Below are positions 1 to 9,487 of a stretch of DNA of 64,000 nucleotides, piece after piece. The position numbers were made by a program, and so were the translations under genes. The DNA is taken from assembly GCA_044223005.1 (NCBI GenBank), contig JBGAML010000019.1:1-64000 (forward strand). Direction: 5' to 3'. The DNA is from Candidatus Eiseniibacteriota bacterium. Lineage in GTDB: Bacteria > Eisenbacteria > RBG-16-71-46. The stretch's first letter is position 1; each line of letters opens with the position of its first letter. Under the pieces are notes generated by a model, which had not been told where the DNA came from, searched no databases, and saw only the letters and a program-made list of their open reading frames with translations.

Positions 1-1881
1 CGGCACCGCCGCAGCGTCGACCGCGACCGTCACCGTGAACGCGGACGAACCGCTCGGCGCGAGGACCGCGGAGGTCGTCGCGGTGACGATGTTGCCGACC
101 GCCGAGACCGTCCAGCCATTGCCCGCGCCGCTCACGTACGTGAGCCCGGCAGGCAGCGTGTCGCGCACGGTGATCGTGCCCGAGCTCGCCAGCGTGCCGA
201 CGTTGGACACCGTGATCGTGTACGTGCCATTCGAGCCGACCACGAACGGCGCGGCGTGCGTCTTGGCGATCGTGAGATCGGTCACCTGCGGATGCACGAC
301 GGGCGTGTCGTCGCAGTCGCGGTTGTTCGCGGGCGAGCAGTCGCCGCCGCCGGAGACGGTCGCGCAGTTCGTGACGCCCGGGGAGGCGGCCTCCGCCACG
401 GCGACGACGATCGAGAACGACGTGCTCGCGCCGGCGGCGAGGACGCCGCTCGAGGTCGCGGTGACGACGTTGCCGCTCGCCGTGATCGTCCAGCCCGCGC
501 CCGAGCCGCTCACGTACGTGAGGCCGGCGGGCAGCGTGTCGCGGACGGTGACGGTGCCGGAGGTGGGATCGCTGCCCACGTTCCGCACGGTGATCGTGTA
601 GGTGCCCTGGCCGCCGACGACGAAGCTGCCGACGTGGGTCTTCTCGAGCGTGAGGTCGGGCGCGCCGCAGATCGATACCTGGTCCGAGTCCCGGTTGTTG
701 GTCGGATCGGCGTCGTCGCCACCGCTCACGGTGGCCGAGTTGGTGACCTGCGGGAAGGTCGATGCGGCGACCGCCACGACGAGGTCGAAGGCGTCGGTCC
801 CGCCGCCCGGAATCACGGCGTCGGTGCTCGCGGTGACGATGTTCCCGGCGGCGGTCACGGTCCAGCCCGCGCCCGATCCGCTCACGAACGTGAGGCCGGC
901 GGGCAGCGTGTCGCGGACGGTGATCCGGCCCACCGTTGGGCCCGTCGTGAGGTTGCTCAGGCGGACCGAGAACGTGCCCGTCTGGCCGACCGTGAAGCAC
1001 CCCCGGTGCGAGACGTCGATCGTCAGGTCGGGGCGGATGCAGAGGTCGACGTGGTCGTAGTCGCGGTTGTTGTCGAGCACCGAGTCGGAACCGCCCTCGA
1101 CCGAGACGTAGCTGTCGATCGGGGGACGGGCGCCGGCGGCGACGTGTACGGTGAGCGTGAACTCGGCTGCTCCGCTGGGCGGGATCGAGCCGTCGTAGCG
1201 GGCGGTGAGCACCTGCCCGGAGACCGAGAAGGTCCAGCCGGAGCCGGACGCGGCGACGTAGGTCAGCCCGGCCGGGAGGGTGTCCCGGACGAAGATCGAA
1301 CCCGAGCTCGCCGTGGCGCCGGTGTTGCGGACGATGATCGTGAAGTCCCCGTTCGAGCCGGGGGTGAAACAACCTACGTGCTTCTCTTCGATCCGCAGGT
1401 CCACGCCTTCGCACAGGACCGAGGTCGGCGAGAGCCCGGCCCGCGGGAACGACTGGGCCGAGGAGGACGAGGCCAGAGGGGCCACCGCACCGGAGGAGCC
1501 GGCGGGCGCGATCGGGGGGGAGACCTCGCGAACGGAAACGGACGACTCGAACGTGGCGCTCGCGACTCCGTCGTCGATCGCCTGACCCGGGAGCCCGGTC
1601 GGCACCGGGATCGCGCGGGACTCGAGGGCGTTCCATCCGGGGACGCTCGCAGCGAACGGATCGGGGACGGTCGTGACCCCGGCGGCGTCGACTTCCCACC
1701 TGTCGCTCGACGATTCGGTGGCGGCGACTCCGGCACGTTGGCTGATCGAAGCGGGCTCGCCGGTCGGCATCACAGGCACGGCGGAGCCGGCTCGCGAGGT
1801 CGAGTGAGTGGCGAGAAGCGCAGCGATCGACAGCACAGCACGGAGCGCGCACGCGCGCGCGAAGCGGCCGAGGGTGGACAT
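1..1881 (-). CDS. Secreted/surface DUF11 (Ig-like) repeat protein, 5' part only; runs off the left edge
   Basis: Absent from the ORF track because it has no stop in the window. ATG at 1881 gives MSTLGRFARACALRAVLSIAALLA (signal peptide). Four ~124-126 aa repeats follow (e.g. DLTIAKTH..FVVG..GTYTITVSNVG...GTITVRDTLPAGLTYV), with in-frame DL starts at about 1401, 1029, 657 and 279. Confidence 0.85.
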   Translation of the reverse strand, partial: MSTLGRFARACALRAVLSIAALLATHSTSRAGSAVPVMPTGEPASISQRAGVAATESSSDRWEVDAAGVTTVPDPFAASVPGWNALESRAIPVPTGLPGQAIDDGVASATFESSVSVREVSPPIAPAGSSGAVAPLASSSSAQSFPRAGLSPTSVLCEGVDLRIEEKHVGCFTPGSNGDFTIIVRNTGATASSGSIFVRDTLPAGLTYVAASGSGWTFSVSGQVLTARYDGSIPPSGAAEFTLTVHVAAGARPPIDSYVSVEGGSDSVLDNNRDYDHVDLCIRPDLTIDVSHRGCFTVGQTGTFSVRLSNLTTGPTVGRITVRDTLPAGLTFVSGSGAGWTVTAAGNIVTASTDAVIPGGGTDAFDLVVAVAASTFPQVTNSATVSGGDDADPTNNRDSDQVSICGAPDLTLEKTHVGSFVVGGQGTYTITVRNVGSDPTSGTVTVRDTLPAGLTYVSGSGAGWTITASGNVVTATSSGVLAAGASTSFSIVVAVAEAASPGVTNCATVSGGGDCSPANNRDCDDTPVVHPQVTDLTIAKTHAAPFVVGSNGTYTITVSNVGTLASSGTITVRDTLPAGLTYVSGAGNGWTVSAVGNIVTATTSAVLAPSGSSAFTVTVAVDAAAVP

Positions 1882-2222
1882 GGAGGGAAGCAATCCTCAT
1901 CGCCTTGTGCGCGAATCCCGGGGAGGGATCCCTGCAGCACGAGACGAGGGCTCGAGTTAGCCGAGGCCGCCCCATCCATGGATCAGCCGATGTGAGGACT
2001 ACTACTCCGCTTCGCTGAGAATTAAGTTACCCGATCAAGTCCGGGCGCACAAGTCGCGGCGTCACGGAACCGCCCCGGTGAGAGCCGCTTGTGGGGCACG
2101 CTTGCGGTGCCGGATGAGCGTGGGCGAGCCTGCCGGAATGGCCGGTTCGCGAGCTTGCCGGAGGCCCGGAAGCGGCGCTTCGCGGGCCGTCGGTGGCCGG
2201 CCCCGGAGGCGAGATCGGGACG

Positions 2223-4607
2223 TCAGCGACCCGGCCGGAACACCCGCCGGTCGACTGCGGTGCGCTCGATCGCCGACCACTCGAGGCGCAGGGGAACGTA
2301 TCCGTGGTCGGCCCACCGCGACCGCAGGTCGGAACCTTCACGACCGGCGGGCTCGCTGTTCCACGGTGCGACGACGACCCAGGATCGGGTCGAGTCCCCC
2401 AGGTCGACGACGTGCCGGTACACCGGTCCGTGGGTGACCTGAAGGTCGTAGGGAGCGCGGGCCGGCCCGACGCACACCGTGCTCCCATCGCCGTCCTCGG
2501 GAGTGAGCGGCGGCTCGAACCGGGCAGCGGGGAACCGGCCGGCGAGTTCGTGGACGAACCGGGCGCGGTGGATCCGGCCCCAGCGCCAGGTCCCCGGGTC
2601 AGGGCCGAGCAGCCGCGTGAGCGAGTCGACCGCGGTGACCAGCGAGCCGGTCGCGGCGTCGGCCGGAGACTCCGGCCGGCCGCCGGGAGAGTGCAGCACA
2701 CCGGTGGCCTCGCCCGTGAGCGCGGCGAGTCCGAGACCCGGGAGCCCCTCGCACCCCGCGCGTTTCAGGAACACGTTCCACCACGACCGCGCGATCGCCG
2801 GAGCGACCCTGTCCCGGCGGCAGGTGAAGTCCCAAGTCCGGAGCGAGTCGAGCGCCTGGCGGACCCGGGGCGCCAGCGTCCGCTCGCGACCCGAGACCGC
2901 CGCGAGGAGGGCCGGGACCTGCCGGGCGGATCCGCGGGAGACGACGTCGTTCTGGACGCTCGCGAGGTCAGCCCGCGTGATCGACCGGTCGCCGGCGAGT
3001 CGCTGGCTCATTCGCGCCGCCCGATCGTGCGCCCACTCGTACCTCGGCCAGACGGTCGGTCGGGTCGAGGCGGTCGGGCGGTTGTTGCCGCTCACGGCGA
3101 ACCCGTCGTCGGGAACACGCCACGCCGGCATCGAGTCGGCGGGGACGTAGCCGGTCCACTCGTGCCGGCCGTCGGCGGCGAGCACGCCGGGTCCGGGGTC
3201 GGTCGCGCGTTCGGGGACGAGGCCCACGGACTGGTAGAGCGCACGGCCGTCGACGTCGGCGGCGACCACGTTGAGCGTCGGCGTGACCATGGTGCGGTAA
3301 CGCGCCACGAGTTCGTCGGCGTCGCGCGAGCGCTCGAGCCCGAGCATGCGGCGGAGGGTGATGCGCTCGTCCTCCATCGCGCTCCACTTCACCGAGATCG
3401 CGCGGCGGCGTTTCGCGTCCCAGACGATCACGGGACCGCGCGGGGAGTAACGGCGCTTCATCCACGGCAGCGGCACGTCGACGCCGAGCACGCGGTACGC
3501 GAGATCGAACGGCTTCTCGAGCACGCGCGCGGTGCCCCACGGTCCGCGCAGGGTGTGTCCGTCGGCGAGGATCGTGTCGGCCCAGGCGTCGATCACGTCG
3601 GCGCCGAGCGCCGTGATGCCCCACGCGACGCGCGTGTTCCGGCCGCTCACGATCGCCGGCAGGCCGGGCACCTCGGCGCCCGCCGCCTCGACCACGCCGG
3701 GGACCGACACGTGGATCACGTGCAGCGGACCGGGAGCGGTGAGCGGCAGGTGCGGATCGTTGGCGACCAGCGGCCGCCCGCTCGCGCTCCGGCGCGCACC
3801 GACGACCATCGCGTTGCTCGCGCGCGTCGCGCCCTCGGCATCGGGCGCCGGAAAGTCGGCCGCGAGCGCCGCGGCCGCGCGCGACGTCGCCGCGGGAAGC
3901 GATGCGTGTGCGTCGATCGTCGAGGCACCCGGCGCCGAAGCGGTACCGCTGCCGGGCACGGTGTCGAAGATCCAGCGGCCCTCGAAGCGATGCCGCGCGG
4001 TGAACCACGCCGCGCCGTGTACGCGGAGCGATTCGGATTCTGCGAACTCGGGCAGGCCGAGATCGAGCGTGACGCCGAGGCCGAGCATCAGCGCGACGCT
4101 GTCCTCGGGCCGCCAGTCGTCGGGGCGGGCGTGCAGTTCCGCGAGTTCGCGCGGCCACGGGCGCGTGCCGCGGCGGCATTCGGCGAGGTAGGCGTTCACG
4201 CCGTCGCTGAAGCGCTCGGCGGCCATGCGCGTCGCGGGATCGCGCCGGTCGCGCGCCCAGATCGCCTCCGCGCGCTCGCGCAGCGCGAACAGCTGCGCGC
4301 CGCCGTCGCGGCGGAGCTCGGAGTTCCCGAGCCAGCGGTGGCGCTCGCCCCGCGCCGACGCGCGGGTGAGCGCGAGTTGCGCGAGCCGGTCGCGCGCGGT
4401 CACCCAGCCCCACGCGCAGTAGAGGTCGGACAGATCGGTCGCGCGGACGTGCGGGATGCCCCAGCGATCGGTGTCGATCCGCACCTCGCCGTGCAGGCCC
4501 GGCAGCGACGGCACGGCGCTCTCGCCGGCGCGCGAGCGCGCGTCCGGCGGCACGAGGCAGGCGAGCAGGAGCAGGGGGACGAACCGAAGAGCCCGCATGC
4601 TCCGCAT
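2223..4607 (-). CDS. Penicillin acylase family (Ntn-hydrolase, peptidase S45) protein
   Basis: Signal peptide, DRWGIPHVRA, beta-subunit start ASNAMVV, ANDPHL, WRWGRIH. Confidence 0.9.
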   Translation of the reverse strand: MRSMRALRFVPLLLLACLVPPDARSRAGESAVPSLPGLHGEVRIDTDRWGIPHVRATDLSDLYCAWGWVTARDRLAQLALTRASARGERHRWLGNSELRRDGGAQLFALRERAEAIWARDRRDPATRMAAERFSDGVNAYLAECRRGTRPWPRELAELHARPDDWRPEDSVALMLGLGVTLDLGLPEFAESESLRVHGAAWFTARHRFEGRWIFDTVPGSGTASAPGASTIDAHASLPAATSRAAAALAADFPAPDAEGATRASNAMVVGARRSASGRPLVANDPHLPLTAPGPLHVIHVSVPGVVEAAGAEVPGLPAIVSGRNTRVAWGITALGADVIDAWADTILADGHTLRGPWGTARVLEKPFDLAYRVLGVDVPLPWMKRRYSPRGPVIVWDAKRRRAISVKWSAMEDERITLRRMLGLERSRDADELVARYRTMVTPTLNVVAADVDGRALYQSVGLVPERATDPGPGVLAADGRHEWTGYVPADSMPAWRVPDDGFAVSGNNRPTASTRPTVWPRYEWAHDRAARMSQRLAGDRSITRADLASVQNDVVSRGSARQVPALLAAVSGRERTLAPRVRQALDSLRTWDFTCRRDRVAPAIARSWWNVFLKRAGCEGLPGLGLAALTGEATGVLHSPGGRPESPADAATGSLVTAVDSLTRLLGPDPGTWRWGRIHRARFVHELAGRFPAARFEPPLTPEDGDGSTVCVGPARAPYDLQVTHGPVYRHVVDLGDSTRSWVVVAPWNSEPAGREGSDLRSRWADHGYVPLRLEWSAIERTAVDRRVFRPGR

Positions 4608-4721
4608 CGTGGCGCGGTGAGCGCGCCGAGTCCAGAGGAACTCGCACGAAGCGGACCTGCTGCGGGCCTCGCGTGTGGCTCCGGGGTTTCACGTCCAACG
4701 CGGATCGGCTAGCGTGCGCGC

Positions 4722-5636
4722 ATGCACGACGCTCCGTACGCCATCGCGCTCGATCTCGGCGGCACCGACCTCAAGGCGGCGCGCGTCTCCGCGACGGGAG
4801 ACGTGCTCGAGTTCGCCTGCGTGCCCTCTCGCGCCGGCGAGAGCACCGACGCGCTCATGGACACGCTCGTCGACACGGCACGCGCGTGGCGCGCGGGTGC
4901 CGTCGCGCTCGGGGTCGGCTGTCCCGGCGTGATCCATCCGGTGACCGGTGCGCTCGTCGACGAGACGCCGCACCTCGCGCTCTCCCGCGATTTCCCGTTC
5001 CGCGACGCACTCGCGGGCGCGCTGGCGCTGCCGGTGGTCGCGGACAACGACGCCAACTGTGCCGCGTTCGGCGAGGCGAGCGTCGGCGCGGCGCGCGGTG
5101 CGACGTGCGCCGTGGTCATCACCGTCGGTACGGGAGTCGGCTGCGGGATCGTGATCGAGGGCCGCGTGCTGCGCGGCGCGTGGGGCGGCGCCGGCGAGAT
5201 CGGTCACATGGCGCAGCGCAGCCCGGGGCCGCGGTGCGCGTGCGGCGTCGAGGGCTGCGCCGAGCCCGTCTCGGGCGGCGAGGGCATCACGCGGCGCGCG
5301 CTCGCGGCCGGAGTCGAGGCGCGCGGCGCCGCGGACGTGTTCGCCGCGGCGGCCGAAGGCGACGCGGCGGCGCAGGGCCTCGTGCGCGAGATGGCCGATG
5401 CGCTCGGGCTCCAGGTCGCGTGCGCGGTGCAGACGGTGAATCCCGAAATCGTGGTGATCGGCGGCGGCGTGGCCGCCGCCGGCGAGCCGCTGCTCGCGCC
5501 GGTCCGCGAGGCGATCGCGCGCTACGCGCAACCCTCGCACGTGCGCGCGCTGCGAATCGTGCCGGCCCTGCTCGGCAATCGCGCCGGTGTCGTGGGCGCG
5601 GGGCTGCTCGCGTGGGAACGCGCGCAGGGCGTGTGA
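4722..5636 (+). CDS. ROK family sugar kinase (glucokinase-like)
   Basis: DLGGT, NDANCAA, GTGVGCG, GEIGH, CACGVEGCAE. Confidence 0.92.
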   Translation: MHDAPYAIALDLGGTDLKAARVSATGDVLEFACVPSRAGESTDALMDTLVDTARAWRAGAVALGVGCPGVIHPVTGALVDETPHLALSRDFPFRDALAGALALPVVADNDANCAAFGEASVGAARGATCAVVITVGTGVGCGIVIEGRVLRGAWGGAGEIGHMAQRSPGPRCACGVEGCAEPVSGGEGITRRALAAGVEARGAADVFAAAAEGDAAAQGLVREMADALGLQVACAVQTVNPEIVVIGGGVAAAGEPLLAPVREAIARYAQPSHVRALRIVPALLGNRAGVVGAGLLAWERAQGV

Positions 5637-5645
5637 CGCGGCGGC

Positions 5646-6980
5646 TCAGCCGCCGATGCGGACGAGCGCGGGCGGGCGCGGCGTCTCGAGCGATTCCGCG
5701 ATCAGCGTGACCGGCGTGGCGCCGATCACGCGCACGCGCCGCAGCGATCCCGGCGCGGCGCCGTCGTCGGCGAAGACCACGGTCTTGAAGTCGCGACTCT
5801 TGCCGTGCAGCTGCGAGTCGCCCTTGCGGCTGCGGCCCTCGACCAGCACTTCGACTTCGCGGCCGAGCATCGCGTCGTTCACCTCGCCCGAGATGGCGAG
5901 CTGCAGGTCGATCAGTTCGGTGAGGCGGCGGCCCTTCTCCTCCTCGCTCACGGTCTCGGGCCACTTGAACGCCTTCGTGTCCGGTCGCGCGGAATACTTG
6001 AAGAGGAAGGCCGAGTCGAAGCGGACCTCGCGGTAGACATCGAGCGTCGCGCGGTAGTCGTCCTCGGTTTCGCCGGGGAAGCCCACGATCACGTCGGTGC
6101 TGAGCGCGATGTCCGGCACGACGGCGCGCAGCCGCGCCGCCACGTCGAGAAACTGCGCGCGCGTGTACGTGCGCTGCATCGCCGCGAGGATGCGGTCCGA
6201 GCCCGACTGCAGCGGCAGGTGCACGTGCGGCATGATGCGGCCGCCCTCGCCCATGGCGGCGATCACGCGCTCGCTCATGTCGCTCGGGTGCGGCGAGGTG
6301 AAGCGCACGCGCAAGATGCCGTCGACGTTCGCCGCGGCGCGCAGCAGGTCGGCGAAGTCGTGCTCGCCGTGGCGCCACGAGTTGACCGTCTGGCCGAGCA
6401 GCACGATCTCGCGGTAACCCTGCGCGGCCGCCTGCTCGATCTGCCGCACGAGGTCGGCGAGCGGCAGGCTGCGCTCGCGTCCGCGCGTGTACGGCACCAC
6501 GCAGTAGGTGCAGAATTTGTCGCAGCCGCGCTGCACGGTGACCCAGGCTCGCACGCCGGCGTCGCGCTTCGGCTCGAGGTCGCCGTAGGTCTCGTCGCGA
6601 TCCAGCCGCACCTCGGCGACCGGTTCGCCCGCCGCGCGCCGCAGCAGTTCGGGGAGCGCGCGGTAGCCGTCGGGGCCCACCACGAGGTCGAGGACGCGCT
6701 TCTTGTCGAGCAGCTTGCGACGCAGGTGCTGCGCCATGCAGCCGGCCACGCCCACCACGAGTGCGGGGTTCGACTGCTTGAGCCGCGCGAAGTCGCCGAG
6801 CCGGCCCAGCACGCGCTGCTCCGCGGCCTCGCGGATCGCGCAGGTGTTGAGGATGACCGCGTCGGCGTCCTCGGGACGCTCGACGAGCGTCATGCCGGCG
6901 CGCTGGAGCACGCCGGCCATGAGCTCGCTGTCCGCCACGTTCATCTGGCAGCCGTAGGTTTCGAGGAACACGCGCGTCAT
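5646..6980 (-). CDS. miaB: tRNA-2-methylthio-N6-dimethylallyladenosine synthase
   Basis: TYGCQMN..DSE, NTCAIRE, radical SAM motif CDKFCTYC, C-terminal TRAM domain. Confidence 0.95.
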   Translation of the reverse strand: MTRVFLETYGCQMNVADSELMAGVLQRAGMTLVERPEDADAVILNTCAIREAAEQRVLGRLGDFARLKQSNPALVVGVAGCMAQHLRRKLLDKKRVLDLVVGPDGYRALPELLRRAAGEPVAEVRLDRDETYGDLEPKRDAGVRAWVTVQRGCDKFCTYCVVPYTRGRERSLPLADLVRQIEQAAAQGYREIVLLGQTVNSWRHGEHDFADLLRAAANVDGILRVRFTSPHPSDMSERVIAAMGEGGRIMPHVHLPLQSGSDRILAAMQRTYTRAQFLDVAARLRAVVPDIALSTDVIVGFPGETEDDYRATLDVYREVRFDSAFLFKYSARPDTKAFKWPETVSEEEKGRRLTELIDLQLAISGEVNDAMLGREVEVLVEGRSRKGDSQLHGKSRDFKTVVFADDGAAPGSLRRVRVIGATPVTLIAESLETPRPPALVRIGG

Positions 6981-7034
6981 CGGGCCGGGGACGGTATCAC
7001 GCCCCGGCGGCGCGCGGCCACTGCGGACGCGGAA

Positions 7035-8360
7035 TCAGCTGCCCGGAGCGAAGCGGATCGCGAGGACGCTCAGGTCCTCGGTCGGCACCGGCCGCCCGGT
7101 CCAGCCGAGCACGGCCTGCACGATGCTCTCGGTGAGCGAGTCGAGCGGTTGGCGCCGGCGCTCGGCGATGCACTCGGCGAGTCGCGACGGCCCGAACGGC
7201 TGGCCCGTCACGTTGCGCGCCCCGAGCACGCCGCTGCTCACGGCGACGACCATGTCGCCGGGGAGCAGGCGGACCTGCTCCTCCTCCCAGCGCGCGCGAG
7301 AGTCGGCGCCGACCAGCGCACCGCCGCTGCCGAGGAACGTCACCGGGCTGTCGTCGGAGGGCACCCACATCGGCGCCGGGTAGCCGGCGGAGCAGGACGT
7401 GAGCTGGCCGCTCGGGGAGAGCTGGCCGATCCATGCGCCCATCTCGCCCTTGCCCGAGAGCCGCGTGCAGAGCTCGCTGTTCAGCCGCGCCGCGATCGCG
7501 GCCGCGGAACGCTCCGCGGGGGCGAGCGTGGCGAACACGCCCTGCGCGAACGCCGACGCGAGCAGCGCCTCGACGCCGGTCGCGCGCGGATCGAGCGCGA
7601 GCAGCACGTGGCCACCGTTCGGCAGCGGCACGCGTTCGGACATCGCACCGCCCTCGTGCGTGCACGAGAGGCGCGAGAAGCCCAGCTCGTAGTTGCGCGC
7701 TTCGTAGCGCCCGGGCGCGAGAAGCGTGCGGCCGGCGAGTCCGCGCACGCCGAGCAGCTGGCCCGTGTTGCGGCTGCAGAGATTCGCGAGCTGCGCGCGG
7801 TCGACCGCCGCCGTCACCGGCGGCAGCAGTTCGCGCACGGCACGCATCTCGAGGTCCGTGAAGGCGGGACCCGTGCCCGTACAGGCGATGTTGAGCACGC
7901 CGATCGGACCGTGATCGGTCTCGAGCGGTACGCAGAGCGCCGAGTCGATCAGGTCCTGCCCGATGCCGACGAGGCCTTCCTGGCGGACGTTGCCGTTCAG
8001 GATGAGTCCCTCGCGCTTGCGGAACACCCATTCCGCGATGCTGTGCGGGCGCCATTCGACGTCGCGCCCGATCCACTCGGGCGTCAGGCCGAAGCCGGCG
8101 ACGATGCGCAGCTTGCCCGTCTCGGGATTGACGAGCATGAGCGACGCGCGCCGCGCTCCGGTCGCACGCACGAGCGGCGCGAGTAGTCGCGCACCGACGT
8201 CGCGCAGGTCCACCGTGGGCGCGATGCGCAGGCTCTCCTCGAGCAGCTCGGCGGCCAGCGACGCGGGCAGGCGCGACGTTTCCGCGGATGTGCCGATCGG
8301 AGCCTCGGGGCGGTCGTTCACGCGGCCTCCCGGTACGGTCGGGGAGTCGTCATGCCGCAC
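7035..8360 (-). CDS. GAF + SpoIIE/PP2C-like protein with degenerate catalytic motifs
   Basis: GAF segment (SALCVPL..IGVLNI) and SpoIIE-fold remnants (SAGYPAP, LLPGD, GQPFG, EDLSVL). The true start may be the GTG at about 8321. Confidence 0.8.
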   Translation of the reverse strand: MRHDDSPTVPGGRVNDRPEAPIGTSAETSRLPASLAAELLEESLRIAPTVDLRDVGARLLAPLVRATGARRASLMLVNPETGKLRIVAGFGLTPEWIGRDVEWRPHSIAEWVFRKREGLILNGNVRQEGLVGIGQDLIDSALCVPLETDHGPIGVLNIACTGTGPAFTDLEMRAVRELLPPVTAAVDRAQLANLCSRNTGQLLGVRGLAGRTLLAPGRYEARNYELGFSRLSCTHEGGAMSERVPLPNGGHVLLALDPRATGVEALLASAFAQGVFATLAPAERSAAAIAARLNSELCTRLSGKGEMGAWIGQLSPSGQLTSCSAGYPAPMWVPSDDSPVTFLGSGGALVGADSRARWEEEQVRLLPGDMVVAVSSGVLGARNVTGQPFGPSRLAECIAERRRQPLDSLTESIVQAVLGWTGRPVPTEDLSVLAIRFAPGS

Positions 8361-8745
8361 GCGCCTGCAGGCCGAGGATGTGCTCGAGGTCCGGCACCGA
8401 GAACGGCTTCACGAGGATGCCGTGGATGCCCTCGGGCAGGGCGTCGAGTGTGTCGGCCCACGCGGCGTCGCCGGTCATTAGCTCCACGCGGACGTCGTCC
8501 GCGATCTCGCGGAGCTCCGCGGCGAGCGTGACGCCGTCGCGCACGGGGAGGTGCAGGTCCACCAGGACGTGGTGGATGTCACGCGCGTGCTCGCGAAAGA
8601 GCTCCAGCGCGTGGTCCGCGGTGTTCGCGAGCAGGGGCTGGTAACCCAGCATGCCGGCCATCACGCGGGTGACGTCGAGGACGACGGGTTCGTCGTCGAC
8701 GATGAGCAGATAGGGATCGGTGGGACGCGCCTGGGGAAAACGCAC
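8350..8745 (-). CDS. Single-domain response regulator receiver
   Basis: LIVDDEP, VLVDLHLP (phospho-Asp), MTG, VKPF. GTG start follows a GGAGGAGG RBS. This is the C-terminal part of ORF 8350..9501. Confidence 0.88.
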   Translation of the reverse strand: MRFPQARPTDPYLLIVDDEPVVLDVTRVMAGMLGYQPLLANTADHALELFREHARDIHHVLVDLHLPVRDGVTLAAELREIADDVRVELMTGDAAWADTLDALPEGIHGILVKPFSVPDLEHILGLQARAA

Positions 8746-8934
8746 GACGAGGCCTCCTCCGGAGAGGTGCGTGAGACGGAGGGGCCGTCGTCGCAGGGAG
8801 TTGTCGGCCGGGCCGGGCGCGCGCTTGAGCACGGAGTTGGAGCGCTTCGCCGGCCGCCCGGCGCGGGCTTGACCGCGGGTGGGGGCTCGCGGAGACTCGC
8901 GCGACCGAATCCCACCACATGAGGAGGCGTCCCC

Positions 8935-9315
8935 ATGGCCACGCGGCCCGCCCGCAACCTGGTCACCTTCAAGAACCCCAATCCCGGCCGCGAGTACTGG
9001 ATCCGGCACGAGTGCCCCGAATACACCGCCAACTGTCCCGTGACCGGGCAGCCCGACTTCGGCACGATCATCGTGCTCTACGTGCCCGACAAGCTCTGCG
9101 TCGAGCTCAAGTCGCTCAAGCTCTACATCTGGTCGTTCCGCGACGAGGGGCACTATTTCGAGCAGGTCACCAACCAGGTGCTCGATGACCTCGTCCAAGC
9201 CATCAAGCCCCGCAAGATGACCGTCATCGGGCGATTCAACGTGCGCGGCGGGATCACCACGCAGGTGGTCGCACGGCACGTTCAGGCGCCGGCGCGGCGC
9301 GCGCGACGCCGCTGA
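8935..9315 (+). CDS. queF: NADPH-dependent 7-cyano-7-deazaguanine reductase (preQ1 synthase, unimodular type)
   Basis: [10 protein letters not shown] and QueF motif [18 protein letters not shown]. Confidence 0.93.
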   Translation: MATRPARNLVTFKNPNPGREYWIRHECPEYTANCPVTGQPDFGTIIVLYVPDKLCVELKSLKLYIWSFRDEGHYFEQVTNQVLDDLVQAIKPRKMTVIGRFNVRGGITTQVVARHVQAPARRARRR

Positions 9316-9487
9316 CGGACCGGCCGGACCGTTCACCCGGCCGAAACGGCCGCCCGGCGGACGGTGCTTGACGGTCACGGGCGCGGCCGAAACACTCACC
9401 GGTGCGGCGAAAGGGGAGTCCGGGCAACCCCGGCCCCCCCGGAAGGCGTAGGGAAGGCGGATCCCACGGGAGGATGCGGCCGGGCCC

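Noticed and set aside
35..1995. Plus-strand ORFs with repeated text (e.g. YVRPAGSVSRTV)
   Set aside because: They are antisense shadows of the DUF11-repeat gene.
8750..8934. preQ1 riboswitch upstream of queF
   Set aside because: No recognisable preQ1 stem or A-rich tail.
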